Source: Candidatus Latescibacterota bacterium (GTDB lineage: Bacteria > Latescibacterota > UBA2968). From it: a stretch of 64,000 nucleotides of DNA. Where the stretch lies: contig OZ240241.1 in the NCBI GenBank assembly GCA_965198115.1, positions 2,752,001-2,816,000 of the forward strand, given 5' to 3'. The translations under genes and the position numbers were made by a program. The notes below the pieces were generated by a model. The model was not told where the DNA came from. It saw only the letters and a list, made by a program, of their open reading frames with translations, and made no database searches. This document shows positions 31,773 to 41,254 of the stretch, piece by piece (within the stretch, counting starts at the first letter, position 1; each line of letters begins with the position of its first letter).

Positions 31773-32612
31773 TCAGGCGTAGACCGTCAGGCGAACGGGA
31801 TTATCGGGATTGACGGCCCAAAGCTCACCCTGATCGCAGACGCGATGGGGTTGGACCGGTGTCTCGGGCACCTTCCAGTCGGGTCTGTACTTCTGAATCA
31901 GCGGAACGATGTTCCGATGCGCGATCCGGTCCTTGAGATCGTCCTCGATGTTAGCCTCTTCGATCGTCTTCTGCAGCAAACGATAGTCGTAATATGGCAG
32001 ATCGGCCCCGAAGATCAGCCGGTCCTTACCGAGTTTGTCCGCAGCCCGCTTGAAGTCCCATTCGGACCCCTGGCCATCGGGATATTGCACGACCTCGAAC
32101 CATATATTCTCGAACTTCGCCAGGTGTTCCTCCGCAAAGCTGCTCGCGTGGCAGATGAACGTCGTGGTGGGGAACATCCTCGCGATGTCCACCATCAGCG
32201 GATTGTGCATGTGAAGGTTGACCAGCCCGTCGCGAGCAGCCGCTGCCTCAACGAACGGAATGCACCAGGGCCCGATCGGGGGGTGACCCATCAGCCCGCA
32301 GAGTCCATAGTCCCGCATCGCCTTCTCCGCCTCTTCGATTCCCAGCTTCCCGAATCGTGACTCGATCAGGGCCAGACCGATCGGAAATCGATCGGGGAAA
32401 TCCTGACACGCACGCCTGATCACCTCGTTCTGATGCCGGATATCCTCGATCCCGTGAACGATCGGGCTGCCCACCGCCGTCGGCGCGCTGATGGCAACGT
32501 AGATGTTCGTCTCTGAGAATCGCTGAAGACACATGGCCGTCGTCTGGCCGACCGGCGGAACGCGGTCGATCGTCCGACCGATGTGGTTATGACAGTCTAC
32601 GTAGGGTCTCAA
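31773..32612 (-). CDS. Amidohydrolase family protein (amidohydro_2)
   Basis: DCHNH metal motif, ICH, LIFGADLPY. Confidence 0.85.
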   Translation of the reverse strand: MRPYVDCHNHIGRTIDRVPPVGQTTAMCLQRFSETNIYVAISAPTAVGSPIVHGIEDIRHQNEVIRRACQDFPDRFPIGLALIESRFGKLGIEEAEKAMRDYGLCGLMGHPPIGPWCIPFVEAAAARDGLVNLHMHNPLMVDIARMFPTTTFICHASSFAEEHLAKFENIWFEVVQYPDGQGSEWDFKRAADKLGKDRLIFGADLPYYDYRLLQKTIEEANIEDDLKDRIAHRNIVPLIQKYRPDWKVPETPVQPHRVCDQGELWAVNPDNPVRLTVYA

Positions 32613-32653
32613 TTCTGACTCCCTGTGTGGGTTGTTTCGGTGGGGCCTCCACT

Positions 32654-33723
32654 TCAGAGTGCCGTCACATCCACTGCCTTCCGCGACTCACTCGCCAGGC
32701 GCGCCGCCTCGATGATCGCAAGATTGTGCCGGGCGTCGGCCAGCGTCGTCGGCAAAGGTTCGTCCCTTGTCATGGCCGTGAACACTGCCTCGAAATACGC
32801 TGCGTGTCCCGATCGGCCCTGGGCGAGCGGATCCATGTGGGCGAACTCCGGAATCGCGATCTCGTGCCAGTCGCCTTCTTCCTTCATCCGCGTGAAGACG
32901 CCTCGGCCTCGACGATCCACACGGATTGCCCCATCCCGACTGTGTACCTCGCAAAGGTTGGGCGTTTCGTTCGGCCCGGCAGCTGCTGCCCCCCACGACG
33001 TCGACAGTGTGGACACCGCCCCGCTTTCGTGTTCAAACAGAAGCAGGGCTAAATCATCGACATCGAGTCCGAGGAAATCGGAACGCAGCCGCCCTTCCAC
33101 GTACCGAATGGGGGAACCCATCATCGTCTCCAACACGTAGATCTCGTGATAGGCCGTGTCGCTGATGCACCCTCCGCCCGAAGAGGCGCGACTCCGCCAC
33201 ACGGTCTCCGGATCGGCCTGTTCCCTCGACTTACAGAACAGCGATTTGGTACGACCGTAGACGCGTTCACCGAACCCATCCTTCAGCAATGCGAGGGCTC
33301 GTCGCGTGCCGGGGGTGAACAGGAAATTGTGGCAGATCGTGTAACCCCCGCCGTTCCGATCGACAGCATCCGCGATCCGATCTGCGTCCTCCAGCGACAT
33401 CGCCATCGGCTTTTCGCTCACCACGGTCACACCGGCTTCGGCTGTCGCAATAGCTTGTTCCGCGTGAAGATTGTGTGGCGTCGCGATCAGCGCTGCATCG
33501 ACCTTCCCGCTGGACAGCACCTCCCGGTAGTCCAGATACCTTCCTTCAACCGGAATGCCCAGACAGACACCGACCGTCTCGAGAGTCTCTTCCACCACAT
33601 CGGCGGTGGCCGCCACCGAAACACGCCATCCAGTGCCTCGATGCCAGGTATGTGGGCCTTCTGACTGATCCCACCACAACCAATCAACCCAAGTCGAACC
33701 ACGTGTTTCTCCTTCATCGACAT
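32654..33723 (-). pseudogene. Gfo/Idh/MocA oxidoreductase, frameshift about 33620
   Basis: GLIGCGGIS in one frame; IATPHNLH..EKPMA..GGGCISDTAYH in the other. Confidence 0.88.
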
Positions 33724-33846
33724 CTCGGAAGCCACTTCGCGCAAAACCCTCTATCCACGACCGACACTTCGACTCCCGCTCAGTGTGACGGTGCATCCGG
33801 CCAACGGTTTTCCCGACAGGACCGCACCTTTCTAAGCCGCAGTCAC

Positions 33847-34686
33847 TCAATCAGGCGATGGGATCCGATCGAATCGTGGTCTCGGGTGATGAATCCAATG
33901 CCCGCTGGGATCCCGGCCACGACAGACGACGGCCGATTTCAGATTCCACCCGCGATAGGCGCGAACGTCCGGCGGCACGAACCGCATCGTCAACCCGACT
34001 CGCTTGCGCTGAGACCGATTCGGGTCCGACCCGTGCAGCAGCAAATCCGTGTGAAGCGACATCTGCCCTGCCTTCAACGCTACCGTGGCGGGTGCGTCTC
34101 CGTAGCGCAACGCATCGTGCACCGTCTGGTTCAGGACGTTCTGTTCATCGATGTGGCTGCGTTCGAAAGCGATCTGACCGTGGACGTGTGACCGCGGTAT
34201 CAACTGCATTGCCCCATTCGTCGTATCCGCGTCATCCAGCGCCAGCCACACGGTCACCGTTTTGCTCGGGGTCAGGGGCCAGTAGGAAGCATCCTGATGC
34301 CACGAAACGCGCTTCGCATCTCCAGCCATTTTCGCGAAATAGTGCGTGCCCCAGCAGACGAGATCCGGTCCAAGGAGATCTTCCACGGCGTCGAGTATAC
34401 GAGGTTCGTTGATCAGGTCCCAGATTGGGCCGCAGTGCCGATGCCAACCGTTGATCGAGTAGGACGTCCATCCCTTTTCGAGGGCTATCGCCATCAGGTC
34501 ATCGAAATAGGCGCGATGACCGACGATCTCGGCTTCGCTGAACACATCGATCGGAAAAACGAAGCCGCGTTTGTTGAAATGCCCGATCTGCTCCCGTGTT
34601 AGAACCGTGGGTGAATGGTTCTCTATCGGATGAAACGAAAGATCTCGCGCCAACCCCGGCATCGCGTCGTGAACAGCCTCACTCAA
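33847..34686 (-). CDS. Phytanoyl-CoA dioxygenase (PhyH) family protein
   Basis: WHQDASYWP, VWLALDDA..NG, LLHGSDPN..R. Confidence 0.92.
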   Translation of the reverse strand: MSEAVHDAMPGLARDLSFHPIENHSPTVLTREQIGHFNKRGFVFPIDVFSEAEIVGHRAYFDDLMAIALEKGWTSYSINGWHRHCGPIWDLINEPRILDAVEDLLGPDLVCWGTHYFAKMAGDAKRVSWHQDASYWPLTPSKTVTVWLALDDADTTNGAMQLIPRSHVHGQIAFERSHIDEQNVLNQTVHDALRYGDAPATVALKAGQMSLHTDLLLHGSDPNRSQRKRVGLTMRFVPPDVRAYRGWNLKSAVVCRGRDPSGHWIHHPRPRFDRIPSPD

Positions 34687-34710
34687 GACGCACCACCTAA
34701 TTTGCCCTCT

Positions 34711-35895
34711 TCATTCTGCATTTTGCATTGCGGCCGCCACGACGTTGGACACGCGCCGCAACAGCCTCCCCTCCCCGACCATCTGATTCGTCAGGATCAC
34801 GCAAACGGTCTTCGTCGCCGGATCCGCCCAGGCCACCGTCCCCGTCGCCCCGGTGTGACCGAACGTCTCCGCCGAGCACAGGTTGCCGAAGTAGTTCCAC
34901 ACTCTCGAATCGCGCAGCCCCCAGCCCAGCCCCCAGGGGGCTCTCAAGGAGACGTTGTGATCGAGGCGCATCCGGCGACGGGTCGCAGGCGAGAGGACGC
35001 CACCTCCTGATAGTGACACGTGGAGGAGTCGCGCTACGTCCCGACCGGATGCGTGTAAACCACCCCAGGGACATCCGAAGTTTCGCCAGTAGTCGCTGTT
35101 AGGACCCCAGTCGCTCGTAAACGCATCCGCCGAAGGATCGACCCCACAGTAGACCGTATCTTCTATGCCCCCCGGACCGACCCCAAGGGTGGTTCGATGC
35201 ATCCCCAGCGGCTCGAAGAACTCTGTCTTCAAAAAGTCTCGCAACCGTTGACCCGTCAGGCGTTCCACGATCTCTGCCGTCAACAGGGTTCCCTTGCTCT
35301 GATACCTGAAATCCGATCCGGGTGGAAACAGGAGCGGCGTCTTGAGAGCGTGTTCGACGAACACTTCCTGCGGCTCGTGGGCCTGACGCAGCGCCGTGTT
35401 GTTCGGAAGCATATCGGGCATGCCCGACGTATGCGTCAGCAGATGCAGGACCCTCATCCCAGCTCGGTCTTCGCCCTCAAACTCGGGTAAGTGCTCATAG
35501 ACCCGATCCGACAGGGAGACCAGCCCCCGCTCGACCAAGTACATGAGGGCCGATACAGTGACCGGTTTGGTGATCGATGCCAGCAGGAAGATCGAGTCCG
35601 CATCCGCCGGAAAGCGGTGGTCCGTCGGATGCTGAAACCCGAAGCCGGCTTCGAGGATCGGCGCTTCGTCTTGCCACACGACAAGACACGCCGCGCTAAT
35701 CTCCCGCCGATCCACGGCCTGTTGAACCAGGTTCTCTGCGATGGTAAGATCAGGCAAACGTGCGCTCCGCCTTTTCAGTGCCGGGAGACTCCAGGAGCAG
35801 GCGCTCCTCCCCAAGTCCTCCGGGGCAAGAAGGGATCCCGGCCAACGGCCTGCCGGGATGACGGACACAGCCAACCTGGTCACGAAGGACTTCAA
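34711..35895 (-). CDS. Serine hydrolase (beta-lactamase class C-like); start uncertain
   Basis: FLLASITK (SxxK), LLTHTSG, YQS, FGHTG. Confidence 0.88.
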   Translation of the reverse strand: MKSFVTRLAVSVIPAGRWPGSLLAPEDLGRSACSWSLPALKRRSARLPDLTIAENLVQQAVDRREISAACLVVWQDEAPILEAGFGFQHPTDHRFPADADSIFLLASITKPVTVSALMYLVERGLVSLSDRVYEHLPEFEGEDRAGMRVLHLLTHTSGMPDMLPNNTALRQAHEPQEVFVEHALKTPLLFPPGSDFRYQSKGTLLTAEIVERLTGQRLRDFLKTEFFEPLGMHRTTLGVGPGGIEDTVYCGVDPSADAFTSDWGPNSDYWRNFGCPWGGLHASGRDVARLLHVSLSGGGVLSPATRRRMRLDHNVSLRAPWGLGWGLRDSRVWNYFGNLCSAETFGHTGATGTVAWADPATKTVCVILTNQMVGEGRLLRRVSNVVAAAMQNAE

Positions 35896-35920
35896 GAGCT
35901 CGAATCACCTTCTCTCCCTC

Positions 35921-36931
35921 CTATCCGATCTCATCTTCTGCGCGTTTCTGCAATGCCCGCATGTAAGCAATCGTATACGCGGTGCCCAACCGGTTGTCGT
36001 CGCACATCTGAGGGATGTGGTCGGGAATGAGCGTGCCGTCGTAGCCGACTTCGGCCAGCGCCTTCATCGCTTGGTACATATCGAAGTAGCCGTCGTCCAC
36101 GAACGTCTCCACGAAGTGAGGGAGCGGACGATCGACCGTGCGGTAGTGCACCTTGAAGATCCTACCCTGACCGCCGAAATGCTGAATTGTCTCGACCACG
36201 GCCTTACCCATCGCGTCTCCGCCCTCGAGCCAGCACCCGATGCAGAGGCACAGTCCCACGTTCGGGCTGTCTGCGATCTCCATCGCTCTCTGATACCCAT
36301 CGAATCCACTGAAAATCGGTCTGGGCACGCCGCCCAACGGCAGTCCGGGTGGATCGTCCGGATGAATTCCGATCCTGACGCCAGCGTCTTCGGCCACGGG
36401 GACGACTTCCTCGATGAAGGACTCGTAGTTCGCCCAGATCTCGTCCTCGCTGTACTCTCGCTCGTGCGTCAACCCCGACCCTTCATAGCCCCATCCGAAA
36501 GACTCCTCGAGGCGGTCACTGTCGAACGCCCGTGCTGAAGCGCCTCCACGCGTCGCCTCCCGTGGCGTACTCCAGACACCGTTGGCCATATGGGCGTAGG
36601 TCGTATAGGGAATGTCCGCCTGCCCCAGATTCCGAATGTGCTGCTTGTACTCTTCGACCTTCTCATCCCTGTTGGGAAAGTTCAGCGTGATCGCGTCGAC
36701 GTTGTGAACGCTTCCGTTTCCCAATCCGTAGAGGTTGATCCCGCCACGTTCGAAATGTTCGCGCCGACTGCGGTAGTATTCGGGACTCGCCTTTTCGGGA
36801 TCGATCCAGATCACGGCGTACTCAACGCCCATCTGCCGAACGAACGTCATCTCTTCATCGGTCGGCTCCGACGACATCTGTGCCGCTACTTTGAGTCCCG
36901 GTTCGATGTCGATGTGACTTTTGCCAGTCAT
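35921..36931 (-). CDS. Mannonate dehydratase (UxuA)-like protein
   Basis: IHPDDPP, CIGCWLE, FVETFVDDG..DM, IPDH. Confidence 0.85.
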   Translation of the reverse strand: MTGKSHIDIEPGLKVAAQMSSEPTDEEMTFVRQMGVEYAVIWIDPEKASPEYYRSRREHFERGGINLYGLGNGSVHNVDAITLNFPNRDEKVEEYKQHIRNLGQADIPYTTYAHMANGVWSTPREATRGGASARAFDSDRLEESFGWGYEGSGLTHEREYSEDEIWANYESFIEEVVPVAEDAGVRIGIHPDDPPGLPLGGVPRPIFSGFDGYQRAMEIADSPNVGLCLCIGCWLEGGDAMGKAVVETIQHFGGQGRIFKVHYRTVDRPLPHFVETFVDDGYFDMYQAMKALAEVGYDGTLIPDHIPQMCDDNRLGTAYTIAYMRALQKRAEDEIG

Positions 36932-36994
36932 ATTCCTCTCTCCCCTGATTCATTTTATCCTTCGCCTGTCGTTTTCCGGAGTGTCAGTTTCCCG

Positions 36995-38838
36995 GGTGCC
37001 GACCATATGCATCTGTCGGTGGGAATGCTGATCCCCTTCGTCATTCTGCTCCTCGCGAATGTCTATTTCGAGTCGAAAGGAATCGGGCTGTCCCCCTCCG
37101 AGCTATTGACCGTGTGCTGTATGTCGATGGTGGCGGCGTGGATGCAGGGCGAGGGCCTCTCCGGCTACCTGCTCGGGGTGATCACGGCCCCCCACTACTT
37201 CGCCTCACCCGAGAATCGATGGGAGGAACTGCTGCTCCAGTATCTCCCGTCGTGGGCCATCATCCCCGATCGAGAACTGGTACGCGGCTTCTACGAAGGC
37301 CTGCCGCCGGGGCAGTCAGTGCCCTGGTCCGCTTGGGTGACCCCGGCGTTGTGGTGGTCGTTGCTCATCGTTTCGGTGCTCACCGTAAACTTGTGCGTCA
37401 GTGTGCTGTTCCACAAGCAATGGATGGATTACGAGAAACTCGCTTTCCCCATCGCGACGGCGCTTCTCCAGCTTACGGGAGCCGCTGGTGAATCCGGCAA
37501 GCTCTCCGTGCTTCTGAAACATCGTCTGTTCAGGATCGGATTCGCGATCACCTTCTGCATTTTCTGCTGGAACATCACCACGTGGTTTATCACGGGCCTT
37601 CCCCTCTTCCCGATTCTCAGCGGCAGGCCCGGAAAGTACATCTACACCCTGAGTCCCCACTTTCCCAACGTCATCTTTGCGTTCAGTCTGATGACCTTCA
37701 CGTTCGGCTACTTCACCAGATCCGAGGTCCTGTTCAGCATCTGGTTCTTCCATTTTCTGGCCATCGCGCAGGCGGGGCTCTTCAACCGACTCGGATACGA
37801 CCTCGGCAGCTCCGACCCGTGGTGTTCGTTCCATCCTGCTGTGGGGTGGCAGGGCTTCGGGGGGATGATCGTGCTCGTCGGCTGGGGCATCTGGACGGCA
37901 CGTGAGCATTTTCGAGACGTTTGGCGGCACGCGGTCGGAAGAACCAGCGGCGGTGATACGGAAGAACTGATGGTCTTACCGAACGGCGGTCCTGCTCCTC
38001 TTTCTGGCACTCGGGTTCGGCGCTTTGTGGTTGACATGCGCAGGGATGGCGTGGGCGCCTCTCCTTGCATTCGGATTCGGAACGGCCGTGCTCTATATCG
38101 GGCTATCCCGCATTATCGCAGAAAGCGGGTTGGTTGCGATGCGTGGACCGCTCACCGCCCAGGCATTCGTGTGGCACATTTTCGGCATCGCGGGTCTGGG
38201 CCCGTTCAGCGCCGCCGCGCTATCGCTGACCTTCGCCTGGTTCTGCGACGCAAGGGGTCTCGCGGTAACAATGTTCGCCCACGTCCCGCGCTTGGGGGCG
38301 GCTATGAACAGAAAGGCCCGTCGTGCGCTGGGCCCGTCGTCGGTCGTCGCTTGCGTGGTGGGCGCCTTCGCCGTCTGTGCCTACGTCATCTATGAAGGCT
38401 ATCACGCGACGGGAGGCTTCAATTTCGGAACCGTCAGCTTTGCGAGCACGGGCAGTCAAAACGGGTTCGGGATTTCCAATGTGACCGCCGGAAGGATTCA
38501 GCAGGGTACCTTCGCCACGGATTGGACGCGCGTCTCCTACCTGGGGGTCGGAGCCGTGTTCACGGCCCTGCTGTTCTGGCTTCGGTATCAATTCCCCGGG
38601 TTCCCCATCCACCCCGTTGGATTCACCGTCGCGGCCGCCCCCCCGCTCGGCAATACTTCGCTCACGATCTTCCTGATCTGGGCGCTCAAGTCGCTCATCC
38701 TCAAGATCGGCGGTCTGGAGCGGTATCGCGCGTCGATCCCCCTCTTCCTCGGTTTCTTGATCGGCTACCTGGGTGGGGTTGATTGTAGACATCATCTGGT
38801 TTCCTGGGCAGGGTCATCAGATGAATATGGCCTGGTAG
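36995..38838 (+). pseudogene. DUF6785/DUF6784-type polytopic membrane protein copy 1; 5'-truncated and frameshifted (about 37972 and about 38775)
   Basis: Aligns to intact copy 2 from ADH(M/A)H onward; QW..EKLAFPI and FPIHP.G motifs; true end VDIIWFPGQGHQMNMAW* at 38838. Confidence 0.85.
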
Positions 38839-38955
38839 CGTTCGTGCCACGCCTTTACCCAGGACCGACACTTCCCCTCACATTCATTCGGAGCAGGCTC
38901 GCGCTCAGTGTGACGGCGTCCTCCCGCTGATGACTGAATCCGACTTCACTTTCCA

Positions 38956-40899
38956 TTGACAAAGCGCGCCTTCATTGTCGGCCTTCTCCTCTCGGCCTGG
39001 GCCAATCTCTGGCCTACCTACACGAGCCTGGTCCTCCACTCCTCCCGCGCAGATCACGCGCACTTCCCACTCGCCTCGTTCATCCCCTTTCTTGCACTGC
39101 TTTGCGGGAACATCCTGCTGGAGCGTCGAGGAATCGGGTTCTCTCCATCCGAATTGTTGACCATCTGCTGCATGTCCACCGTGGCCGCGTGTATGCAGGG
39201 GGAATGGCTCTCCGGCTACCTCCTCGGCATGATCACGGCTCCCTACTACTTCGCCACACCCGAGAATCGATGGGAGGAGTTGCTCCTTCAACATATCCCC
39301 TCCTGGACCGTCATCCCCGATCGTGAGCTCGTGCGCGGGTTCTACGAGGGACTCCCACCGGGTCAGCCCGTTCCCTGGGGCGCCTGGTTCACACCAGTCT
39401 TCTGGTGGGCCCTATTTCTCGGGGCGCTCCTGACAGCGAACCTCTGCCTCAGCGTACTGCTCCGGAAACAGTGGATGGAGCACGAGAAACTCGCATTTCC
39501 GATCGCCACCGCCATCCTGGAACTGACGGGCGCAACGGGACAATCGGGGAAGATCGCCGCGCTCATCCAGAATCGGCTGTTCCGCATCGGATTCCTCGTC
39601 ACGTTCACCATCATCGCCTGGAACATCACGACGTGGTTCGTCGTGGGCATGCCGACCCTTCCGATCCTCAAAGGTCAGGCGGGACGCCACTATCTCCCGA
39701 TCGCTCCTGGATTCCCAGATTTCCGCGTGACTTTCAGCACCATGACCCTCACCCTCGGCTACTTCACTCGGTCCGAGATCCTTTTCAGCATCTGGCTGTT
39801 CCACTTTCTGGCCATCGCCCAGGCCGGGATCTTTAATCGGCTCGGCTACGACCTGGGAAGCTCAGACATCTGGTGTTCGTTCCATCCCGCAGTCGGCTGG
39901 CAGAGCTTCGGCGGCATGATCGTCCTCGTCGTCTGGGGTATCTGGATCGGACGCGGCCACCTTCGCGACGTGATCCGTCACGTGACCGGACGCGCGACAG
40001 GCGGCGATGCCGGCGAGATGATGTCCTATCGTGCAGCCGTCGCGTTCTTGTTGCTGAGCAGCGGCGTAATGGCCGCGTGGCTTCATCATTCGGGCATGTC
40101 GTGGGGACCGGTCGTCACTTTCGGGTTCGGTATCTTCGTCCTCTACCTGGGGCTCTCTCGTATCATCATCGAGAGCGGTCTCGTGTTCCTTCGTGGACCG
40201 ATCACGGCCCAAGCCCTGACGTGGCACCTCTTCGGCATCGCCGGAGTGGGCCCGGCAAGTGCCGCCGCCCTCGCGCTCTCCTTCGGCTGGTTCTGCGACG
40301 GGAAGACCTTCGGCATGACCATGATGGCTCACGTCCCGCGACTCGGCGCAGCCATGCGCCCGGATACTCGGCGCCCCCTCGCACCGAGTATCCTGATCGC
40401 ATCCCTCCTTGGCGCCCTGACGGTCATCGCCTACGTCGTCTACGTGGGCTACCGCACGACGGGCGGGCTCAACTTCGGCCACGTCAGCTTTATGGGGTCA
40501 GGCGACCTCAACGCGTTCGGAATCTGCAAATTCACGGCTTCTCGCGTTCAGCAGGGAACGCTCGGAACGGATTGGACGCGGGTCTCCTTCCTCGGTATCG
40601 GCGCCGCCTTCACTGCCCTCCTATTCTGGATACGCTACCTGTTTCCAGGCTTTCCGATCCACCCGATCGGCTTCACAATCTCCGCCGCCGCTCCCCTGCA
40701 GAATACGGGCTTCAGCATATTCCTGATCTGGGCTGTGAAGTCGCTGATCCTCCGAATCGGCGGGCTCGAACGATACCGAGCGACCGCCCCCCTCTTCCTC
40801 GGCATCCTGATCGGGTTCGTCGCCGGTGTCGCCCTCGGCATCGTCGTCGACGTCATTTGGTTCCCTGGTCAGGGTCACGAGATCCACCTCAGCCACTGA
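38956..40899 (+). CDS. DUF6785/DUF6784-type polytopic membrane protein copy 2 (intact, putative transporter)
   Basis: 647 aa with many TM helices; ELLTI, PENRW, RKQWMEHEKLAFPIA, PIHPIG, GGLERYR..PLFLG; family name from motif recall. Confidence 0.85.
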   Translation: MTKRAFIVGLLLSAWANLWPTYTSLVLHSSRADHAHFPLASFIPFLALLCGNILLERRGIGFSPSELLTICCMSTVAACMQGEWLSGYLLGMITAPYYFATPENRWEELLLQHIPSWTVIPDRELVRGFYEGLPPGQPVPWGAWFTPVFWWALFLGALLTANLCLSVLLRKQWMEHEKLAFPIATAILELTGATGQSGKIAALIQNRLFRIGFLVTFTIIAWNITTWFVVGMPTLPILKGQAGRHYLPIAPGFPDFRVTFSTMTLTLGYFTRSEILFSIWLFHFLAIAQAGIFNRLGYDLGSSDIWCSFHPAVGWQSFGGMIVLVVWGIWIGRGHLRDVIRHVTGRATGGDAGEMMSYRAAVAFLLLSSGVMAAWLHHSGMSWGPVVTFGFGIFVLYLGLSRIIIESGLVFLRGPITAQALTWHLFGIAGVGPASAAALALSFGWFCDGKTFGMTMMAHVPRLGAAMRPDTRRPLAPSILIASLLGALTVIAYVVYVGYRTTGGLNFGHVSFMGSGDLNAFGICKFTASRVQQGTLGTDWTRVSFLGIGAAFTALLFWIRYLFPGFPIHPIGFTISAAAPLQNTGFSIFLIWAVKSLILRIGGLERYRATAPLFLGILIGFVAGVALGIVVDVIWFPGQGHEIHLSH

Positions 40900-41122
40900 G
40901 TCGTCGGCGCATTAAATCTGCTGCCACCTTGCGTGCCACTCAGCTGTTTCGTAGTCTGAACGGCCCCCGCACTACGATTTCCTCACGTGTCGAGGAACGA
41001 CTATGAGAATCAGACTGAACATTAGTCGTGGCTTATGGCGTCGTAACTATGCGCCGACGTCGTGCGTGCTTTGAAAGCGCCTTCGACAACAGCGGCGCGC
41101 GGGTTCGTTCTTTTCCTCGGTA

Positions 41123-41168
41123 CTCGGGGCGTTGCCCCGGGCTAAGAGATGCAGCCCTTTCAGGGCTG
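41123..41168. repeat. REP-like paired palindromes
   Basis: CTCGGGGC-GTT-GCCCCGGG and CAGCCCT-TTC-AGGGCTG in an intergenic spacer. Confidence 0.6.
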
Positions 41169-41219
41169 AAACCAACGGCTGTCCCCTGCTCGCCGCAGCC
41201 GCACCAACGGCGCTTGAGC

Positions 41220-41254
41220 CTGACAACTGAAGACTGACGACTGACAACTGAACT
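41220..41254. repeat. 7-mer short tandem repeat abutting a start codon
   Basis: CTGACAA CTGAAGA CTGACGA CTGACAA CTGAACT then TTG. Confidence 0.8.

Noticed and set aside
34711-35895. Antibiotic-resistance beta-lactamase
   Set aside because: SxxK/YxS/HTG motifs and catabolic context fit a family VIII esterase or amidase
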